The position numbers and the translations under genes were made by a program. Of a stretch of 43,315 nucleotides of DNA, positions 20,485 through 28,727 are shown in pieces; the stretch's first letter is position 1, and the number at the start of each line of letters is the position of its first letter. Source of the stretch: Phyllobacteriaceae bacterium (lineage in GTDB: Bacteria; Pseudomonadota; Alphaproteobacteria; Rhizobiales; Devosiaceae); contig JAAZLP010000073.1 of the NCBI GenBank assembly GCA_012799265.1, positions 1 to 43,315 of the forward strand, read 5' to 3'. Under the pieces are notes generated by a model. The model did not search any database. It saw nothing but the letters and a program-made list of their open reading frames with translations, and had not been told where the DNA came from.

Positions 20485-21453
20485 CTAGAAGAAGCGTTCT
20501 GTAAGCCAACGCATCTGCTCGCGTTCCTGAAATGGACCGCCACCTTCGTGGTTGTTGAACTCGTACTCGATGATGGTCTTGTCCGCTCCCGCAAAGGCTC
20601 TATAGGCCCCATAGACTGTAGATGGCGGGCAGATATCGTCCATCATCGCCACTGAGAATAGAGCTGCCGCCTTGCTGTGGCGCGCAAAGGAGACGCCATC
20701 AAAAAAGCTCAGCGTCTCGAAGACAGCTTCTTTCTTCTCACGATGCTGGGCAAGAAAGCGCACGATCTCGAGATATGGGTCGCGCCCGGCGACCCGCACC
20801 GCCCGCGGGAAGTCGCAGAGGAACGGCACGTCGGGCATCACAGCCTTGATGCGATGATCAATGCCCGCCACTGCCAGCGAAATACCGCCGCCCTGACTAC
20901 CCCCGCAGACAGCGACACGCTCCGGATCGACGAATTCCTGACCAATCAGCGCATCGACGGCACGGACACCATCGGTGAAGACGCGGCGGTAGTAGTAGTC
21001 GTTCTTGTCCAACACGCCCTTCGTCATCACACCAGGAATTTGCCCCGTGCTGCCAACTGGATCAGGGGTCGCACCCGTGCTCCAGACACTGCCCTGCCCT
21101 CGAGTATCCATGCGGAAATAGGCATATCCCGACGCGGCCCAGTGCAACCCTTCATGTGGGAAGCCGCGCCCGCCGCCATAGCCGACATACTGTACAACAA
21201 GCGGCAATCGGCCTTCACGATGCGTCGGCATCACAAGCCAGCCTTTGACCGGATGACCGCCGAACCCGGGGAATGTGACGTCGAATGCCTCGACCAGCGT
21301 CAGGGTCGTATCCGCCGGCTTAATGGAAACCTCTCCCCCCACCGCGCGCGCTTCGGCGATAGTCGCCTCCCAGAAGGCGGTGAAATCGGGTGGGGGAACA
21401 ACCGCGCTTTCGTACGCATCGATGGCTGGATGGGTCAGATCGGGAAATGGCAT
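20485..21453 (-). CDS. Acetylxylan esterase / cephalosporin-C deacetylase (CE7)
   Basis: CE7 motifs RGQ, GGSQGG nucleophile elbow, DDICPPST and HEGG. Start MPFPDL at 21453 after RBS AGGAGG. Confidence 0.9.
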   Translation of the reverse strand: MPFPDLTHPAIDAYESAVVPPPDFTAFWEATIAEARAVGGEVSIKPADTTLTLVEAFDVTFPGFGGHPVKGWLVMPTHREGRLPLVVQYVGYGGGRGFPHEGLHWAASGYAYFRMDTRGQGSVWSTGATPDPVGSTGQIPGVMTKGVLDKNDYYYRRVFTDGVRAVDALIGQEFVDPERVAVCGGSQGGGISLAVAGIDHRIKAVMPDVPFLCDFPRAVRVAGRDPYLEIVRFLAQHREKKEAVFETLSFFDGVSFARHSKAAALFSVAMMDDICPPSTVYGAYRAFAGADKTIIEYEFNNHEGGGPFQEREQMRWLTERFF

Positions 21454-21533
21454 CGTTTCGGCCTCCTGAATTCTCCCCAATTTGCACCCGCACGACAGGA
21501 AGAGGCCATCATTCCGGCCGTTTTGCACAGGTC

Positions 21534-21935
21534 TTAGATGGGGTTGATTTCCCGATGAAACTGGAGTGCGGCGCGGGCTGGCCAGAACGCCTTGTCAGAA
21601 GGCAGGTGCAAGCGCGGCCCAACCTCGCCGGTCTGAACCACAACAGGGCAGTAATCGTCATTGATGACCACCAGGCCCCGATAGAGAAGTCTGGCCGCAG
21701 CATGCTCAACGACGATAGCGTTGTGAAATGACAGCAGCCCGCCAACGCCCAAAGGCTCGAATAGAAAGACTTCCAGAGCTGGATCGAGAAGATCGTCCCC
21801 GGGTGGAAATCGCCTGGCGGCAATCGCGCAACGCCAGTCATAAAGCTCAAACATCAGGCGCGTGAAGGCAGCAGCATCATCATCCAGCTGGAATCCACTC
21901 TGGAAACCCTCGCCAAAGCCTTGATCGTCCCCCAT
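21534..21935 (-). CDS. Hypothetical protein resembling a degenerate HNH endonuclease domain
   Basis: YDWRCAI...LEVFLFEPLGVGG....NAI...RGLVVINDDY...LHLP....P...LQFHR follows the HNH_2 scaffold, but the catalytic His residues are absent. Confidence 0.55.
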   Translation of the reverse strand: MGDDQGFGEGFQSGFQLDDDAAAFTRLMFELYDWRCAIAARRFPPGDDLLDPALEVFLFEPLGVGGLLSFHNAIVVEHAAARLLYRGLVVINDDYCPVVVQTGEVGPRLHLPSDKAFWPARAALQFHREINPI

Positions 21936-21977
21936 TGGGGGAGGTTCGTACGTAGAAGTCCCGCGGTCAAGCTGGCG

Positions 21978-22706
21978 CTAGAAGATCTGGCCGCGATCCA
22001 GACCCCGGCAAGCTTCCATTAGGGCCACCGACTTTTCTGGATAGCCGCCCTCTAGCGCTGACGTGAGCTGGTTATAGAGCTCGGCCGAACGGCGCCTGTA
22101 CTCGGCCCCTTCCAGACTGGCATCGCGCGTGAGAGCCAGGGCCAAAGTCAATTCCTCAACCCCAAGGACGGATCGCAGCAGCATGTCCTGTCCCGCATCG
22201 GCAATGACCATGTGAACTTCGAGGCAGGCCAGACCGAACTGCTCCAGACTGTCGCCGGCATTTCCCATCTGGTGGCACCAATATTTGAGCAGACGGACAT
22301 GCTCGGCTGTTCTGCTGAGCGCGGCCTGCTCCACCAGGGGCGGCTCCATGAGTGCGCGCACACGGAAGAGGCTTTCATAAAATGCCGGATCCGGCGGTGC
22401 CTCGAAATGCCAGGCCAGCAGCTGCGGATCAAAGAAGTTCCAGCGATTTCGCGGTGATACCCTTGTGCCGACCTTGGGTCTGGCTTCCACCAGGCCCTTC
22501 GCTTCGAGTGTCTTGAGCGCCTCCCGGAGCACCGTGCGGGAAACGCCATACTGCTCCATCATCACCGTATCGCTGGCGAGAACAGAGCCGATGGGAAACC
22601 GACCCGAAACGATGGCCGTGCCGATCTCATTGATAACAAAGTTATGGAAATTGCGCGCGGCACGCCGTCCGGACAGTGTGCGGATAAGACTGCCGGTTTC
22701 GATCAT
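21978..22706 (-). CDS. GntR/FadR-family transcriptional regulator
   Basis: wHTH YGVSRTVLREALKTLEAKGLVEARPKVGTRV followed by WNFFDP (DgoR-like) and an FCD-type C-terminus. Confidence 0.9.
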   Translation of the reverse strand: MIETGSLIRTLSGRRAARNFHNFVINEIGTAIVSGRFPIGSVLASDTVMMEQYGVSRTVLREALKTLEAKGLVEARPKVGTRVSPRNRWNFFDPQLLAWHFEAPPDPAFYESLFRVRALMEPPLVEQAALSRTAEHVRLLKYWCHQMGNAGDSLEQFGLACLEVHMVIADAGQDMLLRSVLGVEELTLALALTRDASLEGAEYRRRSAELYNQLTSALEGGYPEKSVALMEACRGLDRGQIF

Positions 22707-22763
22707 CTACGCCCTTCTCAAGCGATGTCGGCGCCCACGCGCCGAACCCGCTTCCGCAATCCT

Positions 22764-23732
22764 TTACGATGACTTCTCGCCCGGTGTCGAGGCGGCGAAA
22801 ATCAGCCTTTGCAACACGATAAACAGGAACAGTAGTGCCCCAATGACGATCTTTGTCCACCAGCTGGAGAGCGAGCCATCGAAGATGATGTAGGTCTGAA
22901 CGAGACCCAGCAGCATGACGCCGATGAACGTGCCGAGGACAAATCCATAGCCACCTGTCAGCAGCGTTCCGCCAATGACCACAGCGCTGATGGCGTCGAG
23001 TTCTACGCCCACTGCCGCGAGTGGGTAACCCGCAGACGTGTAGAGCGAGAACACGATGCCCGATAAGGCGGCGAGCATTGAGGACAGCATGTAGACGCCG
23101 ATCGTCGTGCGCGCGACGGGCACGCCCATCAAAGACGCGGACGTCGGATTACCGCCCAATGCGTAGACGTAGGATCCGAACTTGGTTCGGTGGGCAACGA
23201 GCGCGCCGATGATGAACACGGCGACCATCAGAAGGCCGATAAAGCTGAGACGCCCACCTCCGGGTAACCGGATCATCATCTCAGAGATCCACTTGTAGAA
23301 CTCGTGGTTTACCGGCACTGAATCCTGCGTGATGACCGAGGCCCCGCCTCTGGCCAAGAACATGCCCGCCAGCGTGACAATGAAAGCCGGCACCTGCAGG
23401 TAGTGGATGGCCATGCCCATTGCGCCACCAAAAAGGGCTGCGATGGCCAAAGCCATGGCGAAGGCAGTCAGCGGATGCCAGCCAGCCCAACTGATCAGGA
23501 CCGCGATAAGGACGCCGGTAAAGCCGATGACCGCCCCGACGGAGAGATCAATACCGCCAGAAAGGATGACAAAGGTCATGCCAACGGCAGTTATCCCAAG
23601 GAAGGCATTGTCCGTAAGAAAGTTCCCCAGGACGCGCGTCGAGAACATCGAGGGGAATTGCATGACGGCGAGCGCATAGGCGATTGCAAAGATGATCGCG
23701 GTGGCGACCAGCGGACGAAGCGAACGGCTCAT
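22764..23732 (-). CDS. yjfF: Sugar (galactofuranose-type) ABC transporter permease
   Basis: DNAFLGITAVGMTFVILSGGIDLSVG, ELDAISAVVIGGTLLTGG and FDGSLSSWWTKI. Confidence 0.85.
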   Translation of the reverse strand: MSRSLRPLVATAIIFAIAYALAVMQFPSMFSTRVLGNFLTDNAFLGITAVGMTFVILSGGIDLSVGAVIGFTGVLIAVLISWAGWHPLTAFAMALAIAALFGGAMGMAIHYLQVPAFIVTLAGMFLARGGASVITQDSVPVNHEFYKWISEMMIRLPGGGRLSFIGLLMVAVFIIGALVAHRTKFGSYVYALGGNPTSASLMGVPVARTTIGVYMLSSMLAALSGIVFSLYTSAGYPLAAVGVELDAISAVVIGGTLLTGGYGFVLGTFIGVMLLGLVQTYIIFDGSLSSWWTKIVIGALLFLFIVLQRLIFAASTPGEKSS

Positions 23733-24727
23733 TTGCTGCCCTCCCGGGTCATCAGGCGTGTCGGAACAAGCCGCGAAGCCATGGGCGATTGAATGATGAG
23801 CACCAGGAAAATGAGCGCCGCCTTGACGATGAGGTTGAACTCGGGCGGAAAGCCGGAGACCAGAATCCCGGTGTTCATCGCCTGAATGATGATGGCGCCG
23901 ACCACTGCCAGAGGTACTGAGAAGCGACCGCCAAGGAGTGAGGTTCCGCCAATCACCACGGCGAGGATGGCGTCGAGCTCAAGCCACAAACCGGCATTAT
24001 TTGCGTCGGCCCCGCGAATGTCCCCGGCAACGATGATGCCGGCGATCGCGGCGCAGAGACCCGAAAGCCCATAGACTAGGAAAAGCAACATGCGGCTCCT
24101 GATGCCCGCCAGGCTTGCAGCGGCGCGATTTACGCCGACCGCCTCGATGAAAAGCCCGAGTGCCGTCCGACGCACAAGCAAGGTCACCAATATGAGAAGG
24201 CAGATAGCGATGACGGCTGCCATCGGCAGACCGAGAAACGAGCCGGTGCCGATAAAGATAAGCAAGGGATCATTGAAGGTGACGATGAAGCCTTCAGTGA
24301 TGAGCTGCGCAATTCCGCGCCCGGCAACCATCAGAACCAGGGTGGCAACGATGGGCTGGATATCGAGGACAGCGACGAGGAACCCGTTCCAAAGGCCGCA
24401 GAGCAGACCGACCGTGAGGGCCGCAGCCACCGCGACAGGCGCAGGATAACCGGCCACCACCATTGTCGCAGCGACTGCACCCGCCATTGCCATGACAGCG
24501 CCGACCGAAAGGTCGACACCCTTGGTCGCAATGACCCCAACCATGCCGATCGCCAGAATGGCCACCGGTGCCCCACGGTTGAGCACGTCGATCACGCTGC
24601 CGAACAGCCGCCCGTCCTGCCAGGTGATGCGGAAGAAGTTAGGGAACAAGAGCCAGTTGATGAGAAGAACACCAACCAGGGCGATCACCTGTGGGCTGGC
24701 GAGCGCCGAAAGAAAACGCCGCATCAT
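23729..24727 (-). CDS. ytfT: Sugar ABC transporter permease
   Basis: DGRLFGSVIDVLNRGAP, LMVAGRGIAQLIT and ADANNAGLWLELDAILAVVIGG. Confidence 0.85.
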   Translation of the reverse strand: MMRRFLSALASPQVIALVGVLLINWLLFPNFFRITWQDGRLFGSVIDVLNRGAPVAILAIGMVGVIATKGVDLSVGAVMAMAGAVAATMVVAGYPAPVAVAAALTVGLLCGLWNGFLVAVLDIQPIVATLVLMVAGRGIAQLITEGFIVTFNDPLLIFIGTGSFLGLPMAAVIAICLLILVTLLVRRTALGLFIEAVGVNRAAASLAGIRSRMLLFLVYGLSGLCAAIAGIIVAGDIRGADANNAGLWLELDAILAVVIGGTSLLGGRFSVPLAVVGAIIIQAMNTGILVSGFPPEFNLIVKAALIFLVLIIQSPMASRLVPTRLMTREGSK

Positions 24728-26238
24728 GCCGCCGGCTCCCGATGGTTGGCGATTGCCTGGACGATAACGCCGGGATTGATATTCTCGCCGTTGAGTTCGG
24801 CCACCATTTCCCGATCACGCATGACCACGATGCGGGAGGAATAGGCGACTACTTCGTCGAGCTCTGAAGAGATGACGACCAGAGCAAGCCCCTCGTCTCG
24901 AAGCCGGTTGATGGTCCGGACGATTTCAGCATGGGCGCCGACGTCAATGCCGCGGGTGGGCTCGTCGAGAATGAGGAAGTCTGGATCAGTGGCGAGCCAG
25001 CGCGAGAGGATGGCCTTTTGCTGATTGCCGCCGGAGAGAAGCTTGATGGGCATGTCGAGCGAGGCCGCGCGGATATCCATGGCCTCCCCGAACTTGCCCG
25101 CAATTTCCATCTGCTCATCGCGATTGAGCGCGCTGAACCAGCCAAGCTTTCCCTGCAGCGCGATGACGATGTTCTCGCGCACGGACAGGTCACCGAAAAT
25201 GCCCTCGGCCTTGCGGTCTTCAGGGCAGAAACCAAAACCATGCGCAATCGCGTCGGTGGGTCTGGCTATGCTGGCTGGCTTGCCTGCTACGGTGACGCTG
25301 CCTTCGTCAGCAGCATCCGCACCGAACATGATCCGCGCCATCTCCGTCCGGCCAGAGCCAAGAAGGCCTGCAACGCCGACCACCTCGCCCTTATGGATTG
25401 AAATGTTGAACGGATGAACGCTGCGCTTGCGGCCATAATTCTTGAATTCGACCAGCACATCGCCAAGGGGCCGTGCGTCCTCGACGGCGGTGGCGCCGGA
25501 GAATGCAACGTCTTTGCCGAGCATGAGACGAACGACGTCCGTGCGGGTCATGTCGTCGAGTGCGCGGGTTTCAATCAGCTTGCCGTTCCGCAGGATGGTA
25601 ACGCGGTCCGCAACAGCAAAAACCTGATCAAGAAAATGGGTGATGAAGACAATCGCGAGCCCCTGGCTTTTCAGGTCGCGGATGATTTCGAACAGGCGCT
25701 CAACTTCATTGCGATCGAGACTTGCCGTTGGCTCGTCGAGGATCAGCACCTTCCCGGAAAGTTCGACTGCTCTGGCAATGGCCACAATCTGCTGAACGGC
25801 AACGGAATGCGCCCCCAATTCGCTGGCCGGGTCGATGTCGAGGCCATAGCGTTTCAGGATGACCCGTGAGTCCTGCTCCATCTTGCGGCGATGAACGAGC
25901 CCAAACCGCGTCGGCTGATGGCCGAGGAAAAGGTTCTCTGCGACAGAGCGGTTCGGCAGGAGGTTGACCTCCTGATAGACCGTGCCGATGCCGTATTTCT
26001 GCGCTTGCTGGGGATTTTCAAGCGTGACAGGAACGCCTTCCGCAACCACCTGTCCCAATGTCGGCTGATAGGCGCCGGTGAGAATTTTGATCAGCGTGGA
26101 CTTGCCGGCGCCGTTCTCACCCAAAAGGGCATGAACTTCGCCCGGCCTCAGGCCAAAATCGACATTGTCGAGCGCGACATGCAGGCCAAAGACTTTGGTG
26201 ATCCCGCGCGCTTCAAGCGCATAGCCAGCCTCTGCCAT
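24724..26238 (-). CDS. ytfR: CUT2 sugar ABC transporter ATP-binding protein
   Basis: GENGAGKST, LSGGNQQK and DEPTRGIDVGAH. Lies in an operon with ytfQ, ytfT and yjfF homologs. Confidence 0.85.
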   Translation of the reverse strand: MAEAGYALEARGITKVFGLHVALDNVDFGLRPGEVHALLGENGAGKSTLIKILTGAYQPTLGQVVAEGVPVTLENPQQAQKYGIGTVYQEVNLLPNRSVAENLFLGHQPTRFGLVHRRKMEQDSRVILKRYGLDIDPASELGAHSVAVQQIVAIARAVELSGKVLILDEPTASLDRNEVERLFEIIRDLKSQGLAIVFITHFLDQVFAVADRVTILRNGKLIETRALDDMTRTDVVRLMLGKDVAFSGATAVEDARPLGDVLVEFKNYGRKRSVHPFNISIHKGEVVGVAGLLGSGRTEMARIMFGADAADEGSVTVAGKPASIARPTDAIAHGFGFCPEDRKAEGIFGDLSVRENIVIALQGKLGWFSALNRDEQMEIAGKFGEAMDIRAASLDMPIKLLSGGNQQKAILSRWLATDPDFLILDEPTRGIDVGAHAEIVRTINRLRDEGLALVVISSELDEVVAYSSRIVVMRDREMVAELNGENINPGVIVQAIANHREPAA

Positions 26239-26282
26239 TGCTCTCCCCCCTCACCGGGCAGTCTATTCTCCGAACCGACGAA

Positions 26283-26309
26283 GTCACCCCGGCTTATCGC
26301 CGGGATGAC
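26283..26309 (-). repeat. REP-like intercistronic palindrome
   Basis: Transcript strand reads GTCATCCCGGC-gataa-GCCGGGGTGAC, an 11-bp stem with one G-U pair, between the SBP and ATPase genes. Confidence 0.6.
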
Positions 26310-26334
26310 AACTTTTGGTCCGCCAGTTTTCGTC

Positions 26335-27306
26335 TTAGTAGCCGAGGCCCTTGCGGCGTTCATATTCACCGGCCGGATCATCCTCAGCCGTATAAAGCTT
26401 GGACTCGGTGATGATGAACTTCTCCGGCTCGGTGCCATTGGCCCAATATGCGCCCAGAGCATCGAAGGCCGGGCCAGCCATATTCGGCGTGAGCTCGACA
26501 GTAGCGTTTGCTTCGCCAGCAGCGATAGCGGTGAAGATATCAGGCACTGCGTCGATGGAGACGACGAGGATATCGGTGCCCGGCTTCAGGCCTGCATCCT
26601 TGATAGCCTGGATGGCGCCCACGGCCATGTCGTCATTGTGCGCGTAAACGGCACAGATGTCGGCACCGCCGTTTTCAGCCTTGATGAACCCTTCCATCAC
26701 TTCCTTGCCCTTCGAGCGGGTGAAGTCACCGGTCTGGCTGCGGATGATGGAGATGTTGTCGTGGCCTGCAATGGCCTCTTCAAAGCCCTGCTTGCGGCTG
26801 ATGGCAGGGCTGGAACCGACAGTACCCTGCAGTTCGACGACCTTGCACTCTTCCGTGCCTACAGTGTTGACGAGCCATTCACCGGCAACGCGGCCTTCGA
26901 GAACTTGGTCCGACATCACGGCGGTCATATAGAGGTCTTCGGATGCGTCGACGCCGCGATCGAGCAGCACGACAGGAATTTCGGCTTCCTTGGCTTCGGC
27001 CAGAACTTCGTCCCAGCCGGTAGCGACCACAGGGGCGACGAGGATGGCATCAACGCCCTGGGCGATGAAACCGCGAATGGCCTTGATCTGGTTTTCCTGC
27101 TTCTGCTGGGCGTCGGCGAACTTGAGATCAACGCCGCGGGCTTCAGCTTCCTGACGGGTGACCGAAGTCTCGGCAGCGCGCCAGCCGGATTCCGAACCGA
27201 TCTGCGAGAACCCGATGACCTTGCCAGAAATGTCCTGGGCAAAGGCAGCGGTAGACAAGGCAGTAGCGAGGCCTGCCGCCAGGGCAAGCTTGGTAACGAT
27301 GCTCAC
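26335..27306 (-). CDS. ytfQ: Sugar ABC transporter periplasmic binding protein (galactofuranose-binding type)
   Basis: GFSQIGSESGWRAAET, DAQQKQENQIKAIRGFIAQGVD, QTGDFTRSKGKEVME and ANATVELTPNMAGPAF. GTG start 27306 after RBS GGGAGGA; signal peptide ends AFA. Confidence 0.88.
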   Translation of the reverse strand: MSIVTKLALAAGLATALSTAAFAQDISGKVIGFSQIGSESGWRAAETSVTRQEAEARGVDLKFADAQQKQENQIKAIRGFIAQGVDAILVAPVVATGWDEVLAEAKEAEIPVVLLDRGVDASEDLYMTAVMSDQVLEGRVAGEWLVNTVGTEECKVVELQGTVGSSPAISRKQGFEEAIAGHDNISIIRSQTGDFTRSKGKEVMEGFIKAENGGADICAVYAHNDDMAVGAIQAIKDAGLKPGTDILVVSIDAVPDIFTAIAAGEANATVELTPNMAGPAFDALGAYWANGTEPEKFIITESKLYTAEDDPAGEYERRKGLGY

Positions 27307-27613
27307 GATGAAGTCCTCCCAAAAGCCGCCGGGCGTTTTCGCCTCCGACGGTACGAGGACGCTACTAAAAGTACTATTATATGTAAAGTGGGTTTGATTT
27401 GTCGCGTGGGTCCAACGGAACACAGAGGAAATGGCGTTCTGGATCAAACACTTATGACTTTACTTGTGCCGACACGCCTTAGGATTTTTGAAACGATTTC
27501 ATTTAATACCCAGCGAGATTGATCGACAATAAGACGCGGTGTTCATCGGCACGAACACAAAAAGAGCACCGCCTAGTAGCAAGCGGTGCTCTCCAAAATC
27601 GGTGCGACAAAAG

Positions 27614-28564
27614 TCAGGCAGAAACTGTTTCGCGGAAGTGCGCCAGAACCTTTTCCGCATCAACGGCGGTGCAGATCGTCTGGTGTGGGCGACCGTTCCA
27701 GGCCGGATCACCGCCCTTGCGCGTTTCGGGCATCTGGGCCGTCTGGCCAACAGCGAGGCCGTCGCGGATGGTAACGATCGGGCCCTTGCGGGTTTCGAAC
27801 CATTCCGGGAACAGCGCATAGGTGACGGCAAGGAGGTCGTGGCCGACCACGCCCGGGAAACCCATGACATTGTTATAGAAGTTGGCATAGTGCTCGCACA
27901 TCTGGCGGAGCAGTTCGCCATTTTCGCCTACATCGCGCGCCAGAGCGGCGAGGTAGTCCTTGTCGAGAAGGATATCGTGCGTCACGTCGAGGCCGACCGC
28001 AACGACTGGCCATTCCGCCGCGAACATTTCGTCCGCAGCAACCGGATCGCCATGGATGTTCGCCTCGGCAAGCGGGGTAACGTTGCCGCTGCGGCCCTTA
28101 TAGCCAAAGGCACCACCCATGATGATGACCTGCTTGACCTTCTTGGCGATGGAAGGATCCTGACGCAGCGCCAGGCCCAGATTGGTCATGCGCCCGACGG
28201 CGATAATGGTGACTTCGCCCGGATGCGCATTGACGGTGTCGATGATGAACTGGTGAGCGGTACCCGCCAGCAGGCCGCTTTCGTCAACAGCCGGAATATC
28301 GATTTCGCCCAGACCGTTGATGCCATGGACGATGGCCGGCTCTTCCTTGTGCACACCATCGAGCGTTTCGCCAGCGCCATGGATAACGGGCGCAGCAATG
28401 CCGAATTTTTCGCGAAGGAACAGCGCATTGCGCGTCGTCGTGTCGATGCTGGCATTACCAACTACGGTGGTGATGCCGAGCAGTTCGATCTGGGGCAGCT
28501 TGCTCAGATAGAGCAACGCCATTGCGTCATCGATGCCTGGATCGGTGTCGAATATAACCTTCAT
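27614..28564 (-). CDS. Nucleoside hydrolase (inosine/uridine-preferring family)
   Basis: Ca-binding motif DTDPGIDDA, plus VHGINGLG, IMGGAF, AEANIHGDP, GLDVT and HD. Confidence 0.92.
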   Translation of the reverse strand: MKVIFDTDPGIDDAMALLYLSKLPQIELLGITTVVGNASIDTTTRNALFLREKFGIAAPVIHGAGETLDGVHKEEPAIVHGINGLGEIDIPAVDESGLLAGTAHQFIIDTVNAHPGEVTIIAVGRMTNLGLALRQDPSIAKKVKQVIIMGGAFGYKGRSGNVTPLAEANIHGDPVAADEMFAAEWPVVAVGLDVTHDILLDKDYLAALARDVGENGELLRQMCEHYANFYNNVMGFPGVVGHDLLAVTYALFPEWFETRKGPIVTIRDGLAVGQTAQMPETRKGGDPAWNGRPHQTICTAVDAEKVLAHFRETVSA

Positions 28565-28606
28565 GGGAATGCCCTATCGCTGTGGTCAGATTGTCATTCG
28601 CAGATT

Positions 28607-28622
28607 TTGACCAAACGGTCAA
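28607..28622. promoter_or_regulatory. RutR-type operator, copy 1 (TTGACCAAACGGTCAA)
   Basis: Perfect TTGACC-N4-GGTCAA palindrome, extending to TTTGACC...GGTCAAA, about 43 bp upstream of the nucleoside hydrolase start. Confidence 0.8.
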
Positions 28623-28698
28623 AGGTCGCGCGGAACCTTCGGTGCGTGTAAGGCGTGTTGCGTGCACCTTGCAAGCATGCTCGGCAGACCCATATTTT

Positions 28699-28715
28699 AG
28701 TTACAAATCGTAACT
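28699..28715. promoter_or_regulatory. Palindromic operator candidate AGTTAC-N5-GTAACT
   Basis: Perfect 6-5-6 inverted repeat immediately before the RBS (GAGGT) of the LLM/FAD-oxidase fusion. Confidence 0.55.
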
Positions 28716-28727
28716 GAGGTACAAAAC

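Noticed and set aside
21944-21958. GTTC-containing element upstream of the HNH-like ORF as a LexA box
   Set aside because: It reads GTTC-N7-GAAG, not the alphaproteobacterial GTTC-N7-GTTC direct repeat.
4066-27306. tamAB, efp/epmAB and ytfQRT-yjfF are also roughly neighbours in E. coli
   Set aside because: Order and intervening genes differ, so this is most likely coincidence rather than conserved synteny.
25891-28651. 543-aa and 370-aa plus-strand ORFs
   Set aside because: Antisense to ytfR/ytfQ and the nucleoside hydrolase, which carry clear family motifs.
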